Source of the DNA: Thermoanaerobaculia bacterium
Lineage (GTDB): Bacteria; Acidobacteriota; Thermoanaerobaculia; UBA5066
Direction: 5' to 3'
NCBI GenBank assembly: GCA_963816185.1
Contig: CAWFJJ010000024.1
Location: forward strand, 640,001 to 704,000
Length of the DNA: 64,000 bases
The position numbers and the translations under genes are program-made. Shown here one piece after another: positions 38,197 through 47,371 of the stretch. Each line of letters starts with the position of its first letter. Within the stretch, counting starts at the first letter, position 1. A model generated the notes under the pieces. It saw nothing but the letters and a program-made list of their open reading frames with translations. It was not told where the DNA came from and ran no database searches.

Positions 38197-39765
38197 GTGA
38201 AGAGACTCCGGGTAGGGATCATCGATCTCGTCGCAAAGGGACCCACGGACGCCCTTTACGCCCGCGTCATGAACGCGAACCTCGCGAGCATCATGCCGCA
38301 GGTCGTCGGGGTGTGGTGCGAAGCGCGCGGGCACGAGGTCACATACGTCTGCTACACGGGCCTCGAGAACCTGGACGACGAGCTGCCGGGCAACGTCGAT
38401 GTCGTATTCATCTGCGCGTTCACCGAGGCGGCGTTTCTCGCGTACGCGCTGAGCAACCTCTTCCGGTCGCGGGGAGCCGTGACGGCCCTGGGCGGGCCGC
38501 ACGCCCGCTGTTATCCGGAAGACGCGCGCCGGTACTTCGATTACGTGCTCGGCTTCACGGACGAGGCGCTGATCGATGAGCTGCTCCAGGATTGCAGCAG
38601 ACACCGCCCCGTGGGTCTCCACCTCCACGCGCCGCGCCAGCCGCTGGCTCTTCCCGGGGTCCGGGAACGGTGGAAGTTCATCGAGCCGACTCTCCGGAAG
38701 GCGCCCCTGATCAAGATGATCCCGATTCTGGGAAGTCTGGGATGCCCCTACACCTGCAGCTTCTGCATCGATTCCGTCGTGCCGTACCAGCCGCTCGACC
38801 TGGAGGTCCTCCGGGAGGATCTGCGTTTCATTGTCCGGAAGGTCAAGAAGCCGCTCGTCGGGTGGCACGATCCGAACTTCGGCGTGAGGTTCGACCAGTT
38901 CCTGGACGTGATCGAGGATGCGATCCCGCCGGGGAGCATCACCTTCATCGCGGAGAGCAGCCTGTCGCTGCTTTCCGAGCCCCACCTGAAGCGACTGCGA
39001 CGGAACGGATTCAAGGCCGTCCTTCCGGGGGTCGAATCCTGGTACGACCTCGGCAACAAGTCGATGACGGGCCGGAAGACGGGGATGGAGAAAGTCAGGG
39101 AAGTGTCCGACCACGTCAACCTGATCCTGCGATACCTGCCGTACGTCCAGACGAACTTCGTTCTCGGCCTCGACGGCGAATCGGGCGCCGAACCGTTCGA
39201 GCTCACGAAGCGGTTCGTCGACCTGACCCCGGGCGCGTTCCCCGGCTACTCGCTTCTCTCGGCATTCGGGCGCGCGGCGCCGCTCAATCTGGATTACCAG
39301 CGCGCGAACCGTGTGCTTCCGTTTCCATTCCACTTCCTCGACAACAACCACGCGATGAACGTGCGGCCGCAGAACTACGCCTGGAAGGACTTCTACGATC
39401 ACGTGATCGACCTGACCCGATATACCTTTTCGTGGAAAGCGATTTTCAAACGGTTCGTCGCCACGAATGCCGCGATCCCGCGCTGGATGAACGTCGTGCG
39501 CGCGATCTCCTCGGAGGGCTCCGGCCGGATCGCGTACTACAGAGAGGTGCGACGACGGCTGGACACCGACGGGCAGATGCAGCGCTATTTCGCTCAGGAG
39601 ACGGACGCCCTCCCGGAGTTCTACGCGCAGCAGGTGAGCCGGGATCTCGGATCGCTGTTTCCATTCCTGCCCGCAGGAAGCATGTTCCACGATCACAAGG
39701 CTTACCTCACGTCCGAGGGGCCGCCGCGCGAGGTCCCGCGCCACGAGGAATTGGCGGCCGTCTGA
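38197..39765 (+). CDS. Radical SAM protein with N-terminal B12-binding-like domain
   Basis: GCPYTCSFC (CxxxCxxC), LGGPHA, DPNF, GVES, NFVLGLD; RBS AGGAG, GTG start. Confidence 0.85.
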   Translation: MKRLRVGIIDLVAKGPTDALYARVMNANLASIMPQVVGVWCEARGHEVTYVCYTGLENLDDELPGNVDVVFICAFTEAAFLAYALSNLFRSRGAVTALGGPHARCYPEDARRYFDYVLGFTDEALIDELLQDCSRHRPVGLHLHAPRQPLALPGVRERWKFIEPTLRKAPLIKMIPILGSLGCPYTCSFCIDSVVPYQPLDLEVLREDLRFIVRKVKKPLVGWHDPNFGVRFDQFLDVIEDAIPPGSITFIAESSLSLLSEPHLKRLRRNGFKAVLPGVESWYDLGNKSMTGRKTGMEKVREVSDHVNLILRYLPYVQTNFVLGLDGESGAEPFELTKRFVDLTPGAFPGYSLLSAFGRAAPLNLDYQRANRVLPFPFHFLDNNHAMNVRPQNYAWKDFYDHVIDLTRYTFSWKAIFKRFVATNAAIPRWMNVVRAISSEGSGRIAYYREVRRRLDTDGQMQRYFAQETDALPEFYAQQVSRDLGSLFPFLPAGSMFHDHKAYLTSEGPPREVPRHEELAAV

Positions 39766-39778
39766 GATACTCCCGGCC

Positions 39779-40738
39779 GTGAGGCGGGGGCTGGTTCTTT
39801 TACTCTTGCTCGCGGCGTCTCCCGCGCTGCCGTGCTCGATCTGTCGCTGCGGGGACGTGACGTTCAACGCGCTCGGCCCGAACGTTTTCGCCGAGGGAAA
39901 ATTCCGACTCGCGCTCGACTGGGACCGCTTCGACAAGGACAGCGCGATCGCGGCGGGCGTGGATCTGCGCGCCCTTCGGCATCGCCTCGGCACCGAACCG
40001 ACGGCGGGCCTCGATGCGGAGGTCGAGAACCGGTTCACCGCCGCCTTCTCGTACGTGTTCGGCGAACGCGTCGTCGCCGTCGTTCGCGTGCCGTGGAGTC
40101 AGAAGCGGCTCACGTCCACCGATGTCGGCTCGGACATCTCGGAGACGAGCCGGACGAGCGACCTGTCTGATCCCGAGCTCTATGCCCTCGTCCGCCTCTG
40201 GTCCGCGCCCTTCGACCCCGCTCTCGGGAGGCGCGGGTGGGCGTCCCTCGTCGGGGGCGTGAAGACACCCTGGGGAAGAAACGACCTGTCCGAGGGCGGA
40301 GTGCGCCTCGACGAGCACCTCCAGTCCGGAACAGGCGCGACGGACGTCTTCGGCGGCCTCTCGATGGTGGCCTTCATCGACATAAACTCATCCATCCTCG
40401 CCTCGGCCCAGTACCGCGGAACGGGTACGAATGACTTCGGGTACCGGTACGGGAACGTGACCCTCGTGAACGCGGCATACGAGCACAAGCTGGGGAGCGC
40501 CGTGGATGCCCTGCTCGAGCTGAATTACCGCCACGCGCAGCAGGATCGCGTGAACGACGCGGGAGACCTCGACCCGAACACCGGGGGCGACATCGTCTAC
40601 CTGACGCCGCGGGCCGTGATCGATCTCGGCCGAGGCGTCGCGGGCCGCGCCGCGATCCAGATTCCGCTCGTTCGCGCGCTCTACGGCGAGCAAACGGAGC
40701 GGTTCGTGGCGAGCCTCGGGTTGACGTACCTCTTCTGA
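39779..40738 (+). CDS. Outer-membrane beta-barrel (MetA-pathway/transporter-like) with N-terminal CxxCxC
   Basis: Signal peptide then PCSICRCG; amphipathic strands, GVKTPWG, LQSGTGATD, C-terminal LGLTYLF. Confidence 0.7.
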   Translation: MRRGLVLLLLLAASPALPCSICRCGDVTFNALGPNVFAEGKFRLALDWDRFDKDSAIAAGVDLRALRHRLGTEPTAGLDAEVENRFTAAFSYVFGERVVAVVRVPWSQKRLTSTDVGSDISETSRTSDLSDPELYALVRLWSAPFDPALGRRGWASLVGGVKTPWGRNDLSEGGVRLDEHLQSGTGATDVFGGLSMVAFIDINSSILASAQYRGTGTNDFGYRYGNVTLVNAAYEHKLGSAVDALLELNYRHAQQDRVNDAGDLDPNTGGDIVYLTPRAVIDLGRGVAGRAAIQIPLVRALYGEQTERFVASLGLTYLF

Positions 40739-40753
40739 CGGCCGCGTCAAGTC

Positions 40754-41374
40754 CTACTCGGCGATATCGGTCTCAGTGGATCCGGCGGGGGCCGCGCGGA
40801 AGACGAGCGGCACTGAGCCCAGGCGGATCTCGTCCCCGTCGGCCAGCTCGACTCGGCCCTCGACCCGCTGGCCCTTTAACCAGGTGCCGTTCTTGCTGCC
40901 AAGATCCTCCAGCGTCGCGGTGTCGCCCGAGATGAGGATCCGTGCATGGCGCCGCGAGATGGACTTCATCGAGATCACGACCGACACGTCGTCGTCCCGC
41001 CCCAGGACGTTCTCGCCCGGGTGCAGGTCGAAATCCCGGGCCAGGTGTGTCACGCGAAACCGCGCGACAGAGGCGGGCGCGTCGAAGCGGAAGGCGTAAC
41101 CGAACCCATAAGCGGTCTTGAGGAAGCGGGGGCTCCGCGCGTCCTCGCCGATGGCGGACCGCACTTCGGAGACGAGGCTCTTGAGGTTCGACTCCTCCAC
41201 GAAGACGCGTGGCCAGAGCGACTCGTAGAGGCTCGCCTTGGAGACGGCCTTCGGTGCGTTATCGATGAGGAGCTCCAGAAGGCGAAAGGCCTTGGGCGAG
41301 ACGTGAACTGGCTTTCTTCCACGCCGAAGCTCGCGTGCCTCCGCGTCGAACAGAAACTCGCCGAATCGGATCAT
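40754..41374 (-). CDS. Winged-helix (OmpR-type) plus FHA domain transcriptional regulator
   Basis: IRFGEF...LWP...VSEVRSAIG...TAYGFGY; FHA LGR...ISRRHA...DLGSKNGT. Confidence 0.9.
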   Translation of the reverse strand: MIRFGEFLFDAEARELRRGRKPVHVSPKAFRLLELLIDNAPKAVSKASLYESLWPRVFVEESNLKSLVSEVRSAIGEDARSPRFLKTAYGFGYAFRFDAPASVARFRVTHLARDFDLHPGENVLGRDDDVSVVISMKSISRRHARILISGDTATLEDLGSKNGTWLKGQRVEGRVELADGDEIRLGSVPLVFRAAPAGSTETDIAE

Positions 41375-41379
41375 CGAAA

Positions 41380-41413
41380 CCTACCGGATTCCTACGATTT
41401 CCTCACGACTTCC
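41380..41413. promoter_or_regulatory. Three imperfect direct repeats with 10-11 bp period, candidate wHTH binding sites
   Basis: CCTACCGGATT / CCTACGATTT / CCTCACGACTT between the divergent regulator and the exported-protein gene. Confidence 0.5.
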
Positions 41414-41454
41414 GGCGCGCGGGAAGGCACGTTGTAGGCGGAAAGGAGAACGCC

Positions 41455-42144
41455 ATGAATCTACATCGAAACCGCGCGCCCGCTTTTCTTCTCCCGCTGC
41501 TTTTCCTGATCGTTTCTCCAGCGATGCTAGCGCAGGCCATGAGGGCCGAGAACGACGACGTCCGGCTGCCGGAGGCCGTCACCGAGGGCCAGCTGCTCTT
41601 CGAGTTCGTCGGGCAGGTCTCAAACTTCACCCCGACCACCTCCACACAGTACGGCTACTTCACGTGGGTTCGTGATGTCGACACGCTTTTTTCGGGAAGT
41701 CCCGCTAACGAGACGTCCGCACGGTTCACGTTCTACCGCGAGATGACGAACGTCAATGTCGTCATCAATGGCACACTCAAGATCATCTCCCGCGAGGGGA
41801 CCACGACGCTCTATCTACAGCCGTCCGGCGGCGCCACGTTCTCGAATCCCGACTCGTTCCGGGCGGGCACGGCCATCCAGACATCCCGCTCGCATCAGCA
41901 GGTCATCGTCGACACCGTGACCTCGGCGTTCACGGTGGTCAACTTCGAAACCGTCACGGCGACGCCGCGATTCATGCTCGACGGACACGACACGACTCTG
42001 GGCCGCGTCGGAGACGTTTACCGCACGTCCAAGCAGGGCCACCTCTTCTCGCCGAGCCCCGCGGGCTATTTCAGCGGCTACTCCGTCAGCGTCGCCCGAA
42101 CGACGGGCGGCCTCCTCTCGGGAAGCGGCGCGATTCAGGAATAG
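41455..42144 (+). CDS. Exported beta-rich hypothetical protein
   Basis: RBS AAAGGAG, signal peptide ending MLA, Thr/Phe-rich mature region. Confidence 0.75.
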   Translation: MNLHRNRAPAFLLPLLFLIVSPAMLAQAMRAENDDVRLPEAVTEGQLLFEFVGQVSNFTPTTSTQYGYFTWVRDVDTLFSGSPANETSARFTFYREMTNVNVVINGTLKIISREGTTTLYLQPSGGATFSNPDSFRAGTAIQTSRSHQQVIVDTVTSAFTVVNFETVTATPRFMLDGHDTTLGRVGDVYRTSKQGHLFSPSPAGYFSGYSVSVARTTGGLLSGSGAIQE

Positions 42145-42156
42145 AGCCGCGGAAGT

Positions 42157-44556
42157 TCAGGACGGAAACCCGACGCGCTTGATTAACGCTGCGAAGCGGG
42201 AGTCGGAACGGATCGGCTCCCAGCGCAGGTCCCGTTCGAGCCAGACGAGCCAATGGGTTCGCTCCTCGACTCCCTTTTCCAGCCAGGCGAAGGCCCGATC
42301 CTTGTCTCCGAGCGCCGCATGAACGAGGGCCACGCCGTAAGCGGTGACGTATTCCTTCTTCGACCGCGCCTCCAGGTTGGAGAGAACCTGGAGCGCTTCC
42401 CGGCGCTTGCCCATGACGCCGTAGACGTAGCCGATCGCCGCGACCGTCGGCACCCACTCCTTGAGCGGCCCGGTCGCCTGGTACTCCGCGATGGCCTGCT
42501 CGTAGAGCCCCTTCGCCTGATAGACCCGCCCGAGGAAGAGGTGCGCAGGCGGGTATTGGGGATTCATCTCGAGGGCCTTTCGCAGCTCCTCCGCCGCCCG
42601 GTCCTGCTCGTAGCTGTAGTGAAGGAGGAAGCCCATGTCCGACTCGATCGGGACGGAGAGGGGATCGAGCTCGTGCGCTCGCTTGATCTGGGCGCGTGCT
42701 TCGGGGAGGCGCCCGGTCGCCGTCAAGAGGTAGGCGTACCAGTCGTGTGCCGTCGCATAATTCGGATTCAGCTCGATGGCTCGCTGGAACTCGCGCTCGG
42801 CTCCGGGCCAGTCCCAATCGAAATAGAACTTTTCGTAGGCCAGGGAGGCGTGCGGCTCGGCGAGAGAGGCATCCAGCTCGAGGGCCTTCCCGGCGGCCTC
42901 CCGCGCCTTTGGAAAGACTTCCCGGGGCGCGACGAGACTCAAGTATCCGAGCTGCGTGTAGGAGTCGGCGATCCCCGAGTAGGCCACGGCGTAGGCAGGA
43001 TCGACGTCCAGCGCCTGCTGGAAAAACCCGATTGCCTTCTTGAGGTTCTCGCCATCGCGCTTGTTCCAGAAGTACCGTCCCTTCACATAGGCCTCGAAGG
43101 CGGCCGGATCGACGCGCCTCGTCTTCGCGAGCTGGGATATTTCCGGTGGAGTCAGCTCGAGGCGGCCGGCGCGGGCGATCGCCTGCGCGATTTCACTTTC
43201 CAGAGCGAGCACGTCGTGGAGGTCACGTTCGTACGTCTGAGCCCAGAGGTGTTTGTCCGACGCCGCCTCGATGAGCTGGGCCGTCACGCGGACCTTGCTG
43301 TCCGCCCGCGAGACCGATCCCTCAACGACGGCGTCGACGCCGAGCTCCCGTGCGATCTCGGGCAGCCGCTTTTTCGTGTCGCGGTACGACATGACCGAGG
43401 TCCGGGAGGTGACGCGGAGCCCGCTGATCCGGGCGAGGTCGGCGATCAGCTCCTCCGTCATCCCGTCGGCGAAATATTCCTGGGTCGCATCGCCGGAAAG
43501 GTTCTGAAGAGGAAGAACCGCCAGCGATCGGATCGCGGTGCCTTTCCCTCGTGTGCCGAGGCGTCCGCGGAGACCGCCCACATCGAGGGCGAAAAGAAGC
43601 GCGGCGGCCAGGACGATTACACCCGCTGCGATGGCGGCGACTCGACCGCGACCCACCCTTGTGCCCACCATCGCCACGCCGGACATCTGAACCGCCGAAG
43701 CCGACGTCGACGCAATCTCGCGAAGCGCGTAGGTCAGATCGCGTGCCGACTGGAACCTCTCGTCGGGGCTCTTCTCCAGGCAACGCGTGATGACGCGCGC
43801 GAGCGCGAGAGGAATCGTCTTCCCTGATTCCGAAGGGTCCGGCGGCGATTCCTTGAGAATTGCCGCCATCGCATCGGCGGACGTCTTTCCCGCGAAAGCC
43901 CGCCTGCCGGTCACCATCTCGTAGAGCACGGATCCGAACGAGAAAATATCGCTCCGCGCATCCACAGGGAGCCCACGTACCTGCTCGGGAGACATGTAGG
44001 CGGCGGAGCCCATCACGGTGCCGGGCTGCGTCTGCGACGCCGTGAGGACCGAGCTGCCCACCTCCTCCGGTGCGCCGGGCTGGAGCCTTGCCAGGCCGAA
44101 GTCGAGGATCTTCACCCGTCCGTCTTCGGTGAGGAAGACGTTCTCGGGCTTCAGGTCCCGGTGGACGATCCCCTGCGCGTGCGCCGCCGCGAGGCCATCG
44201 GCGATTGACACGGCGATTTCAACCGCCTTTCGCCAGGAGAGTGACTCCCGATCGAGCCGTCCGCGAAGCGTCTCACCTCGGAGCAGCTCGGTGACGGAGT
44301 AGCACAGTCCGTCCTCGACCCCGAAATCGTGGATCGCGAGAATGTTGGGATGGGAGAGGGCTGCGACGGCCCGGGCCTCGCGCTCGAAGCGGCCCAAAGC
44401 GGCCGGGTCGGAAGCCAGGTGCTCCTGTAGCACCTTAATCGCGACCTCGCGGCCGAGACGTGTGTCCCGCGCGAGGTAGACGGCGCCCATGCCACCCGAA
44501 CCCAGATGCGAGAGGATCTCGTATGGCCCTAACCGGCTACCTTCTGAGAACGCCAT
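42157..44556 (-). CDS. Ser/Thr protein kinase with TM, TolB-like and TPR domains
   Basis: [28 protein letters not shown]; [11 protein letters not shown]...[11 protein letters not shown]; TPRs. Confidence 0.93.
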   Translation of the reverse strand: MAFSEGSRLGPYEILSHLGSGGMGAVYLARDTRLGREVAIKVLQEHLASDPAALGRFEREARAVAALSHPNILAIHDFGVEDGLCYSVTELLRGETLRGRLDRESLSWRKAVEIAVSIADGLAAAHAQGIVHRDLKPENVFLTEDGRVKILDFGLARLQPGAPEEVGSSVLTASQTQPGTVMGSAAYMSPEQVRGLPVDARSDIFSFGSVLYEMVTGRRAFAGKTSADAMAAILKESPPDPSESGKTIPLALARVITRCLEKSPDERFQSARDLTYALREIASTSASAVQMSGVAMVGTRVGRGRVAAIAAGVIVLAAALLFALDVGGLRGRLGTRGKGTAIRSLAVLPLQNLSGDATQEYFADGMTEELIADLARISGLRVTSRTSVMSYRDTKKRLPEIARELGVDAVVEGSVSRADSKVRVTAQLIEAASDKHLWAQTYERDLHDVLALESEIAQAIARAGRLELTPPEISQLAKTRRVDPAAFEAYVKGRYFWNKRDGENLKKAIGFFQQALDVDPAYAVAYSGIADSYTQLGYLSLVAPREVFPKAREAAGKALELDASLAEPHASLAYEKFYFDWDWPGAEREFQRAIELNPNYATAHDWYAYLLTATGRLPEARAQIKRAHELDPLSVPIESDMGFLLHYSYEQDRAAEELRKALEMNPQYPPAHLFLGRVYQAKGLYEQAIAEYQATGPLKEWVPTVAAIGYVYGVMGKRREALQVLSNLEARSKKEYVTAYGVALVHAALGDKDRAFAWLEKGVEERTHWLVWLERDLRWEPIRSDSRFAALIKRVGFPS

Positions 44557-44591
44557 GAGACTCCCACTTTGCGTCCATTCTAGTCGCTGCG

Positions 44592-45122
44592 TTGTCCGCA
44601 GGTAGCGTCCGGGCTCATGAAGAGCACGCTGACGAGGTTCGCATCGCGGCCGGCAGCGGGGAAGTCCCGAGGTGGCGGCCTTCCGTGCGGACGTCGTCCG
44701 ACTTCTCTAAACTCGCCCGTATGCGACCCGCTCCCGAGAACGCGCAGCGAATCTATCTCAGGAGCGGATATGGCGGCGACCCGCTCGCGTTCTCCGTTCG
44801 ATGGTTCGTTCCGGCGGACTTCGACGCCGGCGGGGAGGCCGAGATCGCGAGCCACGCGACGGGAAAGGCCGAGCTGACGTCCTGCCTGACGCTTCTCGGC
44901 GTCACGGCCCTCGCCGTCATGGTCGGCGACGTCATGGACGGGACGCCGGTGTTCGATTTCAAGCCGTGCACTCCCACGGAAGCCGCCGAGCACGCCTGCC
45001 GGGAAGGCCAGCGCGCGCGGACCATCGCGTACTCGCAGACCGTCTACGTCGAGGCGGCGCCCATCGAGGTCTTCCGCCGCCTCTCGCTCTGGGAGAACGC
45101 ACGCCGGAGGTGGGCGCGATGA
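44592..45122 (+). pseudogene. Degenerate region with TrmO/TsaA-like and SRPBCC-like fragments
   Basis: DVMDGTPVFDFKP resembles TrmO DxxDGTPVLDIKP; YSQTVYVEAAPIEVFRRL resembles an SRPBCC N-terminus; the rest is unrecognisable. Confidence 0.4.
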
Positions 45123-45541
45123 GGGAGCCGTCCGTTCGCATCACGACGCACACGCACTTCTCGGCCGCCCACCGTCTCCATAACGAATCCAAAGACGCCG
45201 AGTGGAATCGCCGGGTCTTCGACAAGTGCAACAACCCGTACTCTCACGGGCACACGTACGGGCTCGACGTCACGGTGGAAGGGCCGGTGGACCCGCTCAC
45301 GGGCTGGGTGATGGATTTCGGCATGATCAAGCGAGTCGTGAACGAGCGGATCGTGAGGGCGTGCGACCGCAAGAACCTGAACGTGGACGTCCCGTTCCTC
45401 ACGGGCGTGAACCCGACCGCGGAGAACATCGCGATCCGCATCTGGGACGTCCTCGAGCCCGCCGTCTCTCCCGGCCGGCTCGTCAAGGTGGAGCTCCACG
45501 AGACGGAGCGGAACAAGGTCGTCTATACGGGGCCGCGGTGA
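45119..45541 (+). CDS. queD: 6-carboxytetrahydropterin synthase / PTPS family
   Basis: HFSAAHRL, CNNPYSHGHTY, GWVMDF, PTAENIA, ELHETERN. Confidence 0.85.
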   Translation: MREPSVRITTHTHFSAAHRLHNESKDAEWNRRVFDKCNNPYSHGHTYGLDVTVEGPVDPLTGWVMDFGMIKRVVNERIVRACDRKNLNVDVPFLTGVNPTAENIAIRIWDVLEPAVSPGRLVKVELHETERNKVVYTGPR

Positions 45542-46308
45542 GGGCCCTCATCTCCAACGACGACGGTGTGCACAGCCCCGGCATCGGTGCGCTCGAGCGT
45601 GCCGCGCGAAGCGCGGGGTTCGAGACGTACATCGTCGCGCCCGACCGCGAGCAAAGCGCCTCGGCGCACTCGCTCACGATGCACCGCCCGCTTCGCGTCC
45701 TGAAGACGGGCGAGAGGACCTGGGTCGTCGACGGGACGCCGACGGACTCGGTGAACATCGCGCTCTGCTCGGTCCTGAAGGCGAATCCACCCGACTTCGT
45801 GTTCGCGGGCGTGAACGCCGGCCCGAATCTCGGCGACGACGTGACCTATTCGGGCACGGTCGCCTGCGCGTTCGAAGGAACGCTGCTCGGCGTTCCGTCG
45901 ATCGCGTTCTCCCTGGACTACGCGCGCGACGCGGCCGGCACGGTCGACTATTCGGAAGCGGAGAAGGCGGCGGCGCAGATCATCGCGTGGGCGAGGGATC
46001 ACCCGCCCGCGCCGGATACGTTGTGGAACGTCAACGTCCCGGCGGGAAAGCCGAAAGGGTTTCGCTCCACGCGCATGGGTCGGCGGCGGTACGGAGAGAA
46101 TATCGTCGAGAAGATCGACCCGCGCGGTCGCCCGTACTACTGGATCGGCGGGACCTTCGTCGACACGAAGGCCGAGGGAACCGATCTCCTCGCGGTGGCC
46201 GAGGGATGGATATCCGTGACGCCGCTCCACATGGACATGACGGACTATCGCGCCCTCGCCGATCTCGACGGTCTCGGCGAGAAGATCGCTCCTCCCCGCG
46301 CGGGCTAA
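45538..46308 (+). CDS. surE: 5'/3'-nucleotidase SurE
   Basis: LISNDDG, APDREQSA, VDGTPTD, GVNAGPNLGDDVTYSGT, YYWIG, SVTPL. Confidence 0.95.
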   Translation: MRALISNDDGVHSPGIGALERAARSAGFETYIVAPDREQSASAHSLTMHRPLRVLKTGERTWVVDGTPTDSVNIALCSVLKANPPDFVFAGVNAGPNLGDDVTYSGTVACAFEGTLLGVPSIAFSLDYARDAAGTVDYSEAEKAAAQIIAWARDHPPAPDTLWNVNVPAGKPKGFRSTRMGRRRYGENIVEKIDPRGRPYYWIGGTFVDTKAEGTDLLAVAEGWISVTPLHMDMTDYRALADLDGLGEKIAPPRAG

Positions 46309-46318
46309 GATCGAGCGC

Positions 46319-47023
46319 GTGAAACCGGTCGACCGGGACGTGGAGCGCGCCGCGCGCGCCGGGGCCGGCGCTCGCCGGGCGCTCGTGGAGAGGCTCAAAG
46401 CCGCGGGGCTCTGCCGGGATCCTCGCGTCTCGGAGGCGATGGGATCCGTTCCGCGCCACCTCTTCGTGCCGGCGGCGCTCCGGGGCGAAGCCTACGGCGA
46501 CCACGCGCTGCCGATCGGGCACGGCCAGACGATCACGCAGGCGGCGAACGTGGCCCGCGCAGCCGAGCTCGCGGCCCTGACGCCGTCCTCGCGCGTCCTC
46601 GAGATCGGAACCGGCTCGGGCTATCAGGCCGCCGTCCTCGCGCGCCTCGCGCGTTGGGTCTTCTCGCTCGAGCGCATCGCGGCTCTGGGGAAGGGGGCCG
46701 TGCACCTTCTCAAGACGCTCGGGATCTCGAACGTCTCCATCAAGGTCTTCGACGGCTCGTACGGGTGGAGCGAGCACGCCCCGTACGACGCGATCCTCGT
46801 GGCTGCGGCCGCGCCGGAGGTGCCGGACCCGCTCGTCGCGCAGCTCGCCGCGGGGGGGCGCCTCGTGATCCCGGTCGGCCCCGCGGCGCGGCAGAGGCTG
46901 CTCGTCGTCCGCAAGCTCCCGAACGGCCGGACGCGGGCCGAGGACGCCGGCGAGGTCGCGTACGTTCCGCTCGTGGGCCGCTTCGGCTTCGCGCCCGCCG
47001 GGACGGAGAGGATCTCCCGATGA
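46319..47023 (+). CDS. pcm: Protein-L-isoaspartate O-methyltransferase
   Basis: VPRHLF, LPIGHGQTI, VLEIGTGSGYQAA, APYDAI; follows surE. Confidence 0.93.
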   Translation: MKPVDRDVERAARAGAGARRALVERLKAAGLCRDPRVSEAMGSVPRHLFVPAALRGEAYGDHALPIGHGQTITQAANVARAAELAALTPSSRVLEIGTGSGYQAAVLARLARWVFSLERIAALGKGAVHLLKTLGISNVSIKVFDGSYGWSEHAPYDAILVAAAAPEVPDPLVAQLAAGGRLVIPVGPAARQRLLVVRKLPNGRTRAEDAGEVAYVPLVGRFGFAPAGTERISR

Positions 47024-47346
47024 ACGGGCGCGATCCGGCGGTGGACGATTCCGGCGGATGGACCGCCGCCGCGCGGCGCTTCAGGATCTCGGGCCGCGTG
47101 CAGGGAGTGGGCTACCGCGCGTTCGCCGCCCGAGCGGGCCGCGCGCTGGACCTCAGGGGCGGAGCCCGGAACCTCGACGACGGTCGCGTCGAGGTCGTCG
47201 CGTCCGGCGCGACCCATGCCCTGGATCGCCTGGAAGCGGCCCTGGGGGAGGGGCCGCACCTCTCGCGCGTGAGCCGCGTCGAGGTCGAGATCCTCGCCGC
47301 GCCTCCGTCGTCCGCCGATCTTGCCGCCTGCGACGTGGAGTTTTGA
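47020..47346 (+). CDS. acyP: Acylphosphatase
   Basis: ISGRVQGVGYR, RNLDDGRVEV, GP; ATGA overlap with pcm. Confidence 0.9.
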   Translation: MNGRDPAVDDSGGWTAAARRFRISGRVQGVGYRAFAARAGRALDLRGGARNLDDGRVEVVASGATHALDRLEAALGEGPHLSRVSRVEVEILAAPPSSADLAACDVEF

Positions 47347-47371
47347 CATCGCCGTTTAAGATCGGAGAGAC

